A DNA stretch of 64,000 bases, from contig VJWM01000108.1 of assembly GCA_010909165.1 (NCBI GenBank), positions 1-64,000 on the forward strand, read 5' to 3'. Below are positions 25,801 through 38,779 of this stretch, one piece after another (position 1 is the first letter of the stretch; every line of letters starts with the position of its first letter). The stretch comes from Anthoceros angustus (lineage: Eukaryota; Plantae; Anthocerotophyta). A program made the position numbers and the translations under genes. The notes beneath the pieces are model-generated. The model searched no databases and was not told the origin of the DNA. It worked only from the letters and a program-made list of their open reading frames with translations.

Positions 25801-25940
25801 GGCTCCCGATGCCACTCCCACTCCGATCCATCTCCCCTCACGCTCTGCTGCCGATGATCGCCTCCCCCACCTCCGCCACGATCGTAGGCGCTGTGGCCTG
25901 GAGGCGCATGCGCCCTTTCCTCGCCCTTCAAGCTCATCAT
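21937..25940 (-). CDS. FET-like RNA-binding protein (RD/G/Q-rich N-terminus, RRM, RGG, RanBP2 zinc finger, RD-rich tail), about 615 aa; exons 25319-25940, 23416-23522, 23134-23257, 22657-23017, 21937-22571
   Basis: GT-AG introns with matching phases; [58 protein letters not shown]. Exon 5 has indels that the duplicate copy does not share. Confidence 0.85.
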
Positions 25941-28446
25941 CCCCCGCCAGCCGAACGCGATCTCCCAGTCTGCTCGCCTCCTTGCCCTCTTCAGCACACG
26001 CCCGGTCTTCTTCGTCTAGCCATAACCCATATGATAGCTTTAGAATATTATAGTATCCGGTTTCGGTTTCGTGGTGTAGTTGGTTATCCCGGTTGAAGAA
26101 ATTCGTAATCTCGCACTACCTACTATGTATCTACACTCCCACCTATTCTCGGGCCTTTCCATACTTGGTTTTTACCTTCTATGTATGTGGAAGGTTTCGC
26201 CATGTATTTAAACCCAGGGTCCCGCGAATGATGACTTGTTGAGCTCGTTGAGCTCAGCGTACAACGACAGTTGAAGTGGTGGAGATATTTGATAATGAGC
26301 TGACGCTCGTTCGACCGGGTGCACAGCGGTGAAGATTGGTGGAGATGGTAGTCGCTCTGCTACCGGTTTCCGTTCCCTTGTGTTGTTTCTCATTCGATTC
26401 TTCGATAAAATGGCATATGGTGCCTTGCCCTCTCACAAGGGTTGCAAACGATCCTTCCGATGCCAGGCTAATATGTCGAAGCATATTTTTGGTGACATGT
26501 TCGTTCGGGGTCAGTCACAAGCCCCATGGTTTGTGTTGGACGTTTTGACGGAGGGGAAAGGCAAAGTCTTGGGCACGGGGACAAGCCCCATGACATAAGT
26601 ACCATAGGGAGAAAATAAGTGGACGATGGAAGTGAAGGAGGGTCACAATTGTCTCCACATTTCGTGGACGCCCATGCTGAGTGACTTGCTAGGTAGATGG
26701 AGGGGAGGAAGTTGTGTTTTTCGAGTCTTCGGATCCCATTATAACAAGGTAGGATCCCATTATAACAAGGTAGTTGCACCTAACAACTTATACTTCACAT
26801 TCTTGAGCATGCATTCTTCACATGGAAGCTTGTTAGTGCGCTGTAGTTTGCTTAGAGCTACGTTTGCAAATCTTGCAGCCGGCAAAGAGCATCACTTCAC
26901 ATTGACTGTGGTAGCCGATGAGTATGTAAAGAAACTGGACAAAACGTGGACGCCGTTGGGTTTAGCTTTGAAGGATCCTATACTATCTGATCTCGAGGTT
27001 GAGGACGAGAATTTGAAGTTTCTTCAACTCTTTTAATCCACTGCTGTGCAAACCTCCCATCCGCTGCTTCCTGTAATTTCCAACTATATTACAAAGAGAT
27101 CCTCAATCTCTCCCACTCACAAAAGCACTTTAGTGTTTTCAGGTATGCACAGGTATTTTTATTGCAATCTCTGCTTTCTTGATTTCATTTGTGAACGCAA
27201 TTGTGTGTTGAGCAAGTTCACTTGACAGGGAGGGAACGATGGAACAATCATACCCACCAAAGTGTCAAACTTTTCTGACATTCCAGCTAGTGGGAAGATG
27301 CTAGGCATGCATTTTACGTTTGGTTGTGAAAGTGTGCTATCGGATGATAGTTAATTTGTTTTTGAATTGCCAAGTGCTTCAGCAGTAGCTTATCTGCTTG
27401 TTGAATAAGGTTTTTTTGGACAATATCAATATGTGGGTAAGGTTGCCGATGGATTGGTGGAGACTGGGGCTTCCAGATTGAGTATCCCATCACGTGTGCA
27501 TCAATATCTTTTTGATGTTTGCATATATCAATATCTAATTTACCTAGGGCTAACTCAGCTTCAACCTCTTACTCCTTTTAGGATTACGATTACAATGCAG
27601 CAGCAATTGTTCAGTCCACAAGAGACTTTGGGAGCAGACTCTCACACCACATATGAACAAACTCACACGACATATGAACAGACTTTTTGAGATGAATATG
27701 ACACTCCCTCTCCAAACTCCGTCCCCTTCCTTATGTTGAAGGGTTGGAACTTCATGGTTCCACAATCCACAGGATGAGTTTGATGAATATCTAACCTGGA
27801 CCAGAAGTTAGAAATGGCCCTTTTCGACGTCCTGCATGGACATGTGATATTTCCTTGCACCTATTGTACTTTTCCAGGGCCCTTACAGCATACAACATCG
27901 AGTATCATCAAAGTCCAAAACAAACTTGTAGTCCCGTTAGCACAAAGTTGTGCCAGCCTACTTTGCTCTGATCCATGGACTGCACAGCCACATGAGCGCT
28001 TGGCAAAAAGGGAACGTTATTCATTCACATACCCTCCAGACCAGGTTTCCTTCTAAACCGGAGTTCCTCCAGGTTTGAGAACTCCAGAACATCTTGAGAC
28101 TCTGAACAAGGACAAGGTAGACGATACGATGCTGAGTGGGGCACTGAATCTGCTTGCCATTGCCGCCAACCGGGCCAAGTTCTTCTACAACAGTCTGGGA
28201 GGCTCACAAAAGGGAAAAAGGGGCCTCTTAAGCTTTCGTCCACCAGTTGCTCCCTACTTTCATGAACGTCAAGCTTCCCACAATTGCTTATAACCTGCAC
28301 GGCTACTGGGCCATGCTTGGATGCCTTAAATGTGTGTACGGAGAAACTTGCAAAGCTTTGCCAGCCCATTATCGATTCAGGCATGGGATTGGAAGATTGA
28401 GCGGCCATGGGAATTGGGACTGGCAGGTTGGAACCTGGCGTTCAGC

Positions 28447-28530
28447 GAGGATGCGCAAAGAGTATTTGAGGGACTCGGTGAAAACGAGGTTGTAACGTGG
28501 ACTGCTCTAGGTGCAGGATACTCCGAGTAG
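28447..28530 (+). pseudogene. Single PLS-type PPR motif fragment
   Basis: EDAQRVFEGLGENEVVTWTALGAGYSE*. Confidence 0.65.
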
Positions 28531-28584
28531 GGCATGAACTAGGAGATACATGTACAGACCACGAAAGAGGAGCTAATTTGGGAC

Positions 28585-28758
28585 AAGAATCTGGAGGAGA
28601 ATATTGGGGCTCTGGAAATCAAGCTTTCACCACAGGAGATTGCGGAAATAGAGCAAGCTGTTCCACACGAAGACGTTCAGGGCACTCGATATCCGGACAT
28701 GACCTAGAAATTCCTACACGCCGTTAAGCCTCCTCTTTCAGAGTGGAAATCCACTTAG
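28585..28758 (+). pseudogene. Aldo-keto reductase C-terminal fragment
   Basis: KNLEENIGALEIKLSPQEIAEIEQAVPHEDVQGTRYPD...PPLSEWKST*; homologous to 38600-38779. Confidence 0.8.
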
Positions 28759-29680
28759 AAAGGTAGGTCTCTACCGTGTATAGTTTTGCTCAGCCTTTTC
28801 TGACGCTGTTGGCCTCTCAGCAGTCATCCTACAACCCTGTCTGCACCATGGCTTTAGAAAGAAATGCCACATTCAATCACGTAGACTGGCTGCCGATTCC
28901 GCTATGTGATGTCAAGATAGCTCCCGTAGTACATACAGCTGCTGATGCAGTGGTTGCCAATCTCTTCAGTGATAAAGTTGTAGCCAAGATAATTGCCCAA
29001 TTCCTGTTGGTTGTGGTTAGGATCGCACGTTGCATCGAATACGGACTTCCAGCACCACTTTCTCATGAAGTTGTGTCCATTCGGATGTGCATCCGTGGTA
29101 GACCTACGAAACCCTACCGACCTTTGGAGCAATTACGTCGGCTTTCTCCGGCTTTCGGGAGAGGCCACGTCGACAAGGGAGCATGGAAGATCTGAGACAG
29201 GGGTTGTGAGAAGGTTGCTATCTGTGTAGGTACGTGTCAGAATCCTTCGGCATATAGATATCAATTCCCTTGGTGAGTCCTTTGGTGGAACAATCAGGCA
29301 TCACAACAGACACTCTATTGCTTACAACTGCTCATCCACATCATCCGCATGCCTATGGAAATATTGAGAGATTTCATTTCACTCCACCGGTATGAACTCT
29401 CGGCAGTGGTTGTAAAATGGACGTGGCCCTATACAATAGAAATCTTTTGTGATGGTAAATTAGAGTATTGTAAAATTCAAGCCATTGCTAAAGAGGTCCC
29501 AAGTCCCACTGTAAGAAGCGCATTGGTTGTTGGAAAAATATTGTTGTAAAACAACAATCATTGTAAAAGTACCTTTCAAAGGACCGTTCAAAGGACCTAT
29601 GTGCGAGGGACCATTCAAAGGACATATGTGCGTTTGTTTTCTCCGGTTTTGAGCAGAGCCAATACTGACAATTCGGGAGC

Positions 29681-30922
29681 ATGGAAGATGTGCGCCCGCA
29701 GCTGGTGGAGAGGGTGGTGCGCCCGGAGCTGATGGAGAGGGTGTTGCCGGAGGTGGTGGAAAGGATCTTGGCGTTCTTGCCTAGAGACGACACCATTCGG
29801 GCAGGATTGGTGTGTCACGAGTGGCACAATTTAGTCTCCTCTCCGTCCTTCGGTAAGCTCTGCGGCCGGACGTTATCAGCATGCGACAAGCTATGTTTTC
29901 CAGCCATGTTCTCGTATGGGTCAAAGCCGCCCGGCTTTGGCCTGGACATGGAGCAGCAGAAGCTGCAACCTTTGCCTTTTTCCTGTGTGGCCTGCTGTCT
30001 GGCGACTCACAAAGGATTGTTGCTCCTGCTTTCGTTCAGGCCCAGGAACAACTGGGAGTATTGGGTAGTCAATCCTGTGACGGGGGCTGTGAGAGGGTTG
30101 CCTTCTTTTCGGCCGCTGATCGAAGGTGACAAGCAGCTGGCTGGGTATCATACTTCCTTCATGTCTTGTGCAGTTCTGGAGGTTGATGAGGATTGGCAGT
30201 CGTACACCCTGTTTTGTGTGTACAAAAGAGAGGAGTACTCTGGATTGCAGGGGAGTCTTGCGGCGGGTCCTGCCAGGCTGCTCCGCTATCGATCAGGCAC
30301 TTCGGCTTGGACCCTGATATCGAGCCGGTGTCAGGAGGAGGCGGGGGATATAGATCTCACGCGGTGCAACTTATGTTGCAACTGCGTTTTTAGTGATGGC
30401 CAGGTTTTTGGCCTGGCTCGGGCCCTGGGTTATTTTTTGGTAAGCTTTGATGTTGAAGTCATGACTTGGAAATGTGTTTGCAAGCTTTAGAGGATTTCCA
30501 CGAACCGAAAGCGGTGGTGGTATGTAATGGTTGAGTCCCGGATATCACGGTTGCAATCTCGTATTGTCGTGAAGAGGTATGACCCTGCACAGAAGACGAT
30601 GGTGTTGGAGACGCAGCTCCCAATGATGTTCGGCCACAGCGCTTTGTTGGAGTGCTCCGCACGTGGACCTTTGCTGTACGTCATGGCTACCAACGACAGG
30701 CCTTCCTACAGGGCAGTTACCTACACGGATACCTACATGGCTATCTATAATGGCAGCACGTCGGAGTGACACAATTCCAGTAGGAACATTCGGTGTGGGC
30801 TTTGGACCGCTGTTCCCGGATATCAGCCTCCCCCCTTTACGTTTTTATATGGGGGATGCCGCGCTGGAGGCTACGTAATCCCTCGAGGTGTGTTCGAACT
30901 GGGTCTCAGCACTCCCGTTCAA
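29681..30922 (+). pseudogene. F-box protein paralogue 1 (intronless; frameshift near 30490, TGA at 30767)
   Basis: LPEVVERILAFLPRDDTIRAGLVCHEWHNLVSSPSF F-box; ATHKGLL, VVNPVTG..RGLP and C-terminal FELGLSTPV. Confidence 0.85.
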
Positions 30923-31193
30923 GGCGAGGATGGGAGGGGCATATCAGGGCAATAGCCATCAGGGGTTGCTAGCTGGTTGGCACCTTTAATTCTCTGTGTG
31001 TCCAAATGGACACACACATTTATAAGAACACCGCCGCTGTTAAGCATCCTACTTAGATTGGATCCCAGAGGGAATGGATGCCCTTGGTGCAAGTAGCCCA
31101 TGACAGGAAATTCCGGTGCAGATGGACTAAAATAGACTTCTTCTTATGCATGAACTTTTTCCCCTCGAGCTTTTACACTCAAATGCTACACGA

Positions 31194-31509
31194 TCCATGT
31201 TTCCAAAAGCAGCAGCCAAGGCCTTGCTTAAACTGTCAGTTGTCTCCTCTAACTTTGATGGCACTTTGATGGCACTGAGTGTAAATGTCTACTCTGGCCT
31301 AAGCAGAACCCAATCTATCAGCGTTCAGGAGGACGATCGATGCTTGAATTGTGAAGATCGATCCCAAAATATTCAGGTCTCAGAGGAGGAGAGCTCTGAG
31401 ATCGAGCAAGCTGTTCCACACGAACACATTAATGTAGAACGTTATTTGGACCCGGCCTTCACCTTCCTGTATCCACCACACCTTCCCTGTCGACGTGGAA
31501 ATCTTCGTA
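31194..31509 (+). repeat. Chimeric module copy 1 (unknown head plus decayed AKR last-exon tail)
   Basis: ccatgtttccaaaagcagca...gatggcac head; tail SEEESSEIEQAVPHEH..RYLDPAFTFL..STWKS. Confidence 0.75.
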
Positions 31510-33249
31510 GACCGTTGCTGTCAAAATCACACCCATTATTACTTACACTTGATCATGATCAGCAAACAAAGGCCATGGTTCTCCTTTTGTTTCATGTCAT
31601 GGACAACCTCTAATTGGAGCTTCAGATAGACAGGATGGGGTAGGATAGCTAGCTAGCTATCTAGCACAGAGAAGCATGCAAGATTGGATACATGTACAGA
31701 CCACGAAAGTGGAGCTGATCTGGGACGAAGTCCCCTTCTGAGTCGTGCGAATATGTATTAAATGTTTTTTGTGCTTTTCATAAGGTCGCCTAGCCAGAGT
31801 TTGGTCACGTGCTGTTAATCCGTGACTCAAACTGCTGCTTCCTATGCAGCAAAGCAGCCACTGATCTCTGGTCCGGAGCATCCAGGCTCCCACATTTGGC
31901 AGACATTTTCAGCATTCTACTGCCAATGAAAGCATCAGCCATTGCCGAACTACTCTCCTTGACATGGACAGGATGACGACTAGAGTTTAATGCTACAACG
32001 TTGAGGGATACATGACCGCATTTGGATTGAGATGATGCCGGGATGTGGAATTGACAGTGTAAAAGAAAACCCCATGATGGTTCTCATTCCGAAGATGAGA
32101 TGGACGTGCTAAGGATATTCTTTCCAATCTCGTCTTCGAGAGAGCTTCATCTGACGGTGAAGAAGCTTCATGCCAGCTATGAGCGGATTTACCCACTCCC
32201 CAACTTGTCCAGATCATGACCCAGCCTGGGAACGTTCGGTTCCACAAACGAAATGCACGTGTGGTGCGGTGCTTCTCAGTCCATTGAACCAGTCCTGATT
32301 CCAAGGATTAAGGAGCATTTGGCGCTTAGCAATGCTCGCCATTAATCTCTTGTGGTCCACAGGTAAGCAGATCGCTGGAACTCTAGAAGCCGTAGTTCGT
32401 AAATACAATCCCTTTCCACTCCCTGCTTAAGTTGGATGCCTTCATAGTGACTCACGGTGTGACAGCACTGCACTGCAGGCACGATGGAACTGGTGCCTTC
32501 CCCCAGTTCTGACGAGCAGTAGCTTGTCAAGCGTGTTAATCATGAGCATCGAGCAGTCTGTCCTGCTCACTTGCACTGGTTTCATTCTCTGTTTCACATA
32601 AAAATAGTGTACATACTTCTACCGCTGCGTGGAAAGTCGGCTTGGCAGCCTGATTCCGCTGCTGCTTATCCTTTGAAGACGATGCTTCTGGACTCAGGAA
32701 GTATCCCGTAGATAGAACTGTCCGCATCAGATGATGACTAAAGGACCGTCTTCCTTCAATCTCAATGGATTTTGGGTCCCTGAGACTGCCATTTGACCGA
32801 CATATCCATGATGAACTGCGCATGTTGGGTTGTTCTGGTCTTGGCATACCAGATCATCCCACCTTCCAGCTTGCAGAAGCCAATGCACAGGCTGTTTCCG
32901 TTCCTACCTGCTACAATAGCTCAGCCAACAATGCGACTTTAGGTTTCTACTGGATTGTAAAAGAGGGAACCGAAGACGCCGACTCCAAAGACGCGCGCCT
33001 CGTCTCCAGCTGGGATCAGGGCCTACAAATCAAATCTCTTCTGGCCGACAACGGCACTGTGATTGCGATGGTGGACACAGCCACAACCCGCGGGTGGAGT
33101 GCGCAGCACATGCTGATTCGACCTTGCCTGCGAATGTGAAAGAATCAAAGAAAGCTCTCTTTGGTTTCATCCTTTCCTAAAACTTTTGCCCCTCTGATAT
33201 GTCTATAGCACCTCGTCTGAGATCCCCAAGAAGTGCAGCAAAGACAATA

Positions 33250-33680
33250 GTCAAACAGGTTCTCAATGCCCTCCAAGAGTCAGGAATGCGTCCTGTGAGC
33301 TGGTTGCAGCTGCCTGCGTTGAGCATGGAATGCTCACAAACTGTCTGTTGGTTCCAGTCCATTCTGACCAGGCAAAGTTCAGAAAATCCACGCGGAATGG
33401 TCACACCACTACATGCAGTGCCACAACATTTACTCACAGGACATTCTGTTTGTCAAATTGCTATTGGATGATGCGAGGCCGAAGAATAGAAACGTATCGA
33501 GCACGTTCCTGCAAGTTCTCAGGAGATCAGGGTTCCAGCAGTCACCACTGATTGAAACACAGACACCGGAAATTTGTTCCTTGCTGAAGAGACCGCACCT
33601 TACAGATACGTCAATTGGGTGAGGCTGGAAAGGTCAGGAGGACGGGGCTTGGTTCAAAATGTATGCTGCCCCAAAATGTC
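33250..33680 (-). pseudogene. Plant LRR exon relics (possible LRR receptor-like kinase)
   Basis: AG/GT-bounded 77-nt exon 33604-33680 ending PPDLSSLTQLTYL; NQLTGRIPDSWRAL near 33250-33310. A weak kinase-like remnant may lie at 32000-32900. Confidence 0.5.
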
Positions 33681-34239
33681 CTGGGAAGGGGGACAAACAT
33701 GTGAGGACGTGGAGTCGTCAACAACATGCAAAATGCTACAGAATACAACACGTACAAGGCTGGAGATGTACATTTGCCAGCTTCAGATTATGCACCTACG
33801 CATGCTATCACCCTCGTGAAAGCGTGGTCAAGAGCCAATTTCAAGCGTGGAGAGTATCACTCGCCTAGGCCTGCTGTTTAAGGTGAAAAGTGACAACATC
33901 TAGAGGACTGGTCCAAGGAACAGGGAAGAATGTGGTTCCAAAATTGAACGCACCGTGACATCTCGAATCGTTACAGTTAAGAACAACCTTTGCCTGCACA
34001 TGCTTCTGCTTCCTCATCACAGGTGAGGACGAACATCCCGCAGTGGACGAGGGCATGCATATTACCATAGCTGGAAAGAGTGGGAAGCCCCCTGCCCTAT
34101 CCCTAGCCCATATCCTATACAAGATATACAACAAAAGCTAAAACAAGCGCTTCAAATTTGAAGCTCCCCATCAACGACGTAAGGTCGCAGGTGCGACACC
34201 TTGCTTAACTGACCAAGCACTCAAACTATAGACAAGACC

Positions 34240-34415
34240 GATGCTGCAGCATACGTGTGGACGTCCAATATGTCTGTACACGGGTGCACGGATGTGGGAG
34301 CAGGCACAAAAGATGCAGGCCATCAGAAACGAATCAAGGCATGGAATCGCAGCCGGTTCAGTCGACCTCGTGCATGGATGGGCGGACATGGTCGCAGTGC
34401 CATACACAGGGTAGG
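34240..34415 (+). pseudogene. Possible PPR E-domain fragment
   Basis: LYTGARMWEQAQKMQAIRNESRHG resembles Y...G.W..A..VR..M..RG. Confidence 0.35.
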
Positions 34416-34630
34416 GATGAGACGCATCCTGAAGCTATGCGCTAAGCAAGACTGAAACCATTCCTTTTCAAAATGAAGGATGAAGTATATGAAGGATGTA
34501 CATCCCATTTTGACTTGTGCAGAGTGCCATTGCTCATGCCCCAAAAACAACGTAGCGGACCTTCGGAGGAACTATGTGCGATGTTTTCTCTGGGGCTTTG
34601 AGCAGAAGCCAATACTAAGAATTCGGGAGC

Positions 34631-35960
34631 ATGGAAGATGTGCGCGCGGAGCTGGTGGAGAGGGTGGTGAGCCCGGAGCTGGTGGAGAGGGTGGGGCGCC
34701 CGGAGCTGGTGGAGAGGGTGGTGAGCCCGGAGCTTGTGGAGAGGGTGGTGCGCCCGGAGCTCGTGGAGAGGGTGGTGCGCCCGGAGCTGATGGAGATGGT
34801 GTTGCGCCCGGAGCTGGTGGAAAGGATCTTGGCGTTCTTGCCTAGAGACGACGCCATCCGGGCAGGATTGGTGTGTCACGAGTGGCACAATATAGTCTCC
34901 TCCCCGTCCTTCAGCAAGCTCTGCAGCCGGACGTTGTCAGCATGCCCGAAGGTATGCTTTCCGGCCACTTTCTCAGATAAGTCACGGCTGCCCGGCGTGG
35001 GCAAGGACATGGAACAGCACAAGTGGCATAAGCTGCCAACTTTGTATACTCGCTTTAGTTCCTGTGGCTTTCGTCTGGCGACTCACAAAGGATTGCTGTT
35101 CCGATCCTGCGTTGGGCCGTCAGGGGCAAGGTTCAGGACGAGTATTGGGTCACTAATCCTGTGACGGGGGCTCAGAGAGTGTTGCCTTCTTTGCTGCCGC
35201 TGATTAACGATGACAAGCAGCTGGTTGGGTATTATAGTTGCTACTTGGAGGATGTATTTCTGGAGGTTGATGAAGATGGGCAGTCGTACACCCTGATCGG
35301 TATGTTAAGACGACAGGCTAGATTGGGGAGTCTTGCGGCGGGTCCTGCCAGGATGGTCCGTTATCGATCAAGCTCTTCGTCTTGGACCCTGTTACCGAGC
35401 CGGTGTCAGGAGGCGGCGGGGGATATAGATCTCACGCTGTCCCGCTTATGTTTCAAATGCGTGTTTAGTGATGTGGGTTTTAGCCTGGCGCAAGTTTAGC
35501 CTGCAAATGCGTTATTTTTGGTAAGCTTTCATGTTGAAGCCATGACTTGGGAATGCCTTTGCGAGGTGGAGGCGAATTTCCATGCACCGAAAAGTTGGTG
35601 GCATGCAATTCTTGTATCATGGTTGTGGCTGAGGCCGTGCGCGTGTGCAACCTCTTATTGTCATAAAGTATGACCCTGCACAGAAGACGATGGTGTTGGA
35701 ACAACGCTTCCAACGATGCACGGGTATGTTGGTTTCCGTTGGTGCTCGGCACATGGACCTGTGCTCTGCATAATGGCTATGTATTTCTCGGATACCTACA
35801 TGGCTACCTACAATGCCAGTACCATGAAGTGGCACTCGCAGTGGCAAAAATCCAGGAGGGTGTGGAAGCGGGGCCTTGGACCCTGTTCCCTGCTTTCAGA
35901 CGTGCGTATGCTTACGTTCTTCCAGGTGCCTTCGAACTGGGTCTCAGCACTCCCGTTTAA
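34631..35960 (+). pseudogene. F-box protein paralogue 2 with expanded N-terminal repeat (frameshifted)
   Basis: Same F-box and downstream motifs as paralogue 1; ends AFELGLSTPV* at 35960. Confidence 0.85.
34649..34810 (+). repeat. In-frame 27-bp minisatellite x6 (ELVERVVRP)
   Basis: gagctggtggagagggtggtgcgcccg units counted directly. Confidence 0.95.
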
Positions 35961-37329
35961 GGCGAGGATTCGATGGGAGGGGCTTAAACCAGTACATAGC
36001 CATCAGGGGTGTTTGGTTGGTAAATACTGTCAGGCAGTGAGGCCAGAAAACGCTTTCCCAGGTCCGTAGGCAGCCACGAACAGATTCATTCGTACTTAGG
36101 TAAGGGAGCGTATAACCGGAATCAGGATAGGGAAGTGTGTGGCGGAGGTATGCCACCGCCAGTTTGAATGCATAGCCGAGGTTGGTTGGGCGATGTATAA
36201 CAGGAGGAGGAATCCTCACTATTGTTTAAGCGGGAAGCATCATTCACCTCGTATTTCGTCTGTATGGACCATCAAGTGTTTGTCAAGTGTGGCTGCCCAC
36301 AGCCTTCTTCAGTATCTGTCCACAGTCCCCGCAGTTGTGTATCGTTTCAGATATGTGTGTATGGGAAATGCCAGATGTCATCCGTGATGACTTTTGTGAT
36401 GTGTACGTCGAAAAGTTGTGCTGACAGTGATAAGCCCCTTGTGTACAGGCAGAGCATGTGGGGGATCCCCATTTTTCCTCATTCTGCATCAGGGACAAGT
36501 GCGTGGTTAGTGTTCTGTCATTGTGTCCAGTTACTGCCTCGATAGTATGTTCACAAAGTCGCGGGAGCTGTATCAAAGCTGTAGGAGGCCAGTGAAGTCC
36601 GTATCTCAAAAACCGTTGTTTCACAGTACTGTTGAGAAACGACGTACGCTTCTTCCCCATTCTGCCGCGGGTTCAAGTTTGAAGGTGTTTCCTTGTTTAG
36701 GCATGGCGCCGGTACAATCGGGATATTTTGTGAGGAAGACGAACGTAGGGTGGGACGTCAGGACATGGGGAGGCAGCTTGCTGGTCCGCCTAGAGTATAA
36801 AGCTGGCTCAAATCTGCTAAGTCCCCAAGGCGAGGTCTTTCTGGTTACTGCTCCACTTCCATCATCAAGGCTTTTGCTTGTGTGACCTTTTGTTTTCGTC
36901 CAGGCTCTTGCAGCTCGCTGTTGATGTGCTCTTGGCTAACCCTTGTTGTTGTGACAATCCGTGTAACAGGATGATCCCTTCAGTGTGCTCCCTCTCGAGC
37001 TAGCTGCTGTTCGGATTGCCCATCGTTGCCTGACTGATCAGTGACCTTCTGTGACCTTGTATTGTGTGGAATCTGCTAAAGCCTCGTACGTCTCACGTTG
37101 AGAAACTGTGCTGTATGTGAAATGTGCATCTCCATTCCCTGTGTGCATGACAGAGCAGCAAGTGAGTGATACGCATCATATGTCCGGGTATGGAAGCAAC
37201 GCCGTATCAAGAAGTATTACCAGATGTCGACTCTGGTGTAAGCCTGCTTATGCCCTAGGTCTGACATTGTTTCTAACAGTACCTTGTAAGTACGAAGCTT
37301 TTCCTAATTCAAACACTTCACCTACACAA

Positions 37330-37765
37330 TCCATGTTTCCAAAAGCAGCAACCAAAGCCTTTCTTAAACTCTGTCACTTGTCTGCTCTAACTTTGATGGC
37401 ACACAAGGTAGATACGTAAAAATATCTGAGAGGCAGGAAGCCATAGGCGCTCAGGCCAGGAACTCGAGCGATGCGCGGAGAGCCAGCACGGTTAGGAAGA
37501 AGCGATGAGTTAATGAACAGAGGAAATCGGTCTTATGTACAGTCTGATGATTCTAGTGTGCTAGCCTAGAAACTGCTCTACCCGCTAGAGAGAATACGGT
37601 AGATGCCTTTAACATCTCATTAATACGCTCGTGTAAGCAGAATCCGATTGTCAGTCTGCAGGACAATCAATGCGTGAATTGTGGAGATCGATGAAGCTCT
37701 CCGAGAAGGAGTTTGCTGAGATCGAGCAAGCAGTTCCACACGAACACTTCACGGAAACGTTATCA
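37330..37765 (+). repeat. Chimeric module copy 2 (with about 250-bp insert)
   Basis: Same head at 37330-37402; caggacaatcaatgcgtgaattgtggagatcgat and KLSEKEFAEIEQAVPHEH tail. Confidence 0.7.
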
Positions 37766-37992
37766 GGTATGGCATACCAGATACTGCCAGAGAGTCGGAA
37801 GCGCCCATTCCCCAGAATTCTAACTTCTCTCGAACATTGAAGTGCCGCCACGTGGCCCACTCTCCAGCTCCCTTGTGCGATCCTGTGCAAACCGAGCTGA
37901 GGAGGTATCCTTGGGCGATCTGCCTTAAACAGGTCACAAAGTCAGAGCCAAATCGAGCTGATAAACAAGCTTGAGGAAGACTGTAGGCACAG

Positions 37993-38779
37993 ATAAAGAG
38001 CTGAAGAAGCTGGTGGAGGAGGGGAAGGTGAAGTACATAGGGCTGTCGGAGGCCTCAGCCGACACCATCCGGCGGGCGCATGCGGTGCACCCCATCACTG
38101 CCATACAGCTGGAGTGGTCTCTTTGGTCTCGGGATGTGGAGGAGGAGATCATTCCTCTCTGCGGGTATGATTTGGTGACCTTCACTCGGCTGCCCTTGTG
38201 TTTGTGACTTCCTCTACATCCCGACTCTCACGTAATTTTTTATCTGGCATGTGCAGAGAGCTCGGCATCGACATCGTGGTTTACAGTCCACTTGGCAGAG
38301 GCTTCTTCTCCGGGTTGAAGGCAGGCAGCCTCAGTGACTCCGATGTCCGCAAGGTTTGCGTGCTTCCAAAATGAATTGGGCTGTCTGCAGACCACGTTCC
38401 CCTCCTCTGTGCTCAATTTCAGTGTTTTGGTTGCCTTGTTGCAGACCCATCCTCGGTTTTCGGAGGAGAATTCCCAGCGCAACCAGGCCTTCTACAACGT
38501 TCTGGTGGAGATTGCCGACAGGAGGGGAAGACATCTGGCCAGCTGGCGCTTGCGTGGGTTCACCACAAGGGAGATGATGTGGTGCCCATTCCGGGAACAA
38601 CCAAGGTGCAAAATTTCGAGGAGAACGTTGGCGCGCTTGACATCAAGCTTTCCAAGGAGGAGATACAGGGAATTGAGCAAGCTGTTCCACACGAAGGCGT
38701 TCATGGAGATCGATATCATGACAAGAACTTCACCTTTCTGAACGCTACCACTCCTCCATTGTCAACGTGGAAATTGTAG
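37993..38779 (+). pseudogene. 5'-truncated aldo-keto reductase (auxin-induced PCNT115 / AKR13-like); exons 37993-38164, 38257-38353, 38445-38779
   Basis: [71 protein letters not shown]. No N-terminal exons found upstream. Confidence 0.88.

Noticed and set aside
24504-26096. Long plus-strand ORFs (245-383 aa) and minus ORF 24590-25399 over the FET first exon and intron
   Set aside because: These are GC-rich triplet-repeat shadows of the real exon or intron; translations have no domain-like content.
26300-28050. Short ORFs (e.g. 26626-27036) with 21-bp internal duplications
   Set aside because: No recognisable motif, splice chain or second copy; left unannotated.
34649-34810. CRISPR-like array interpretation of the 27-bp or 74-bp repeats
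   Set aside because: No unique spacers, eukaryotic context and no cas genes.
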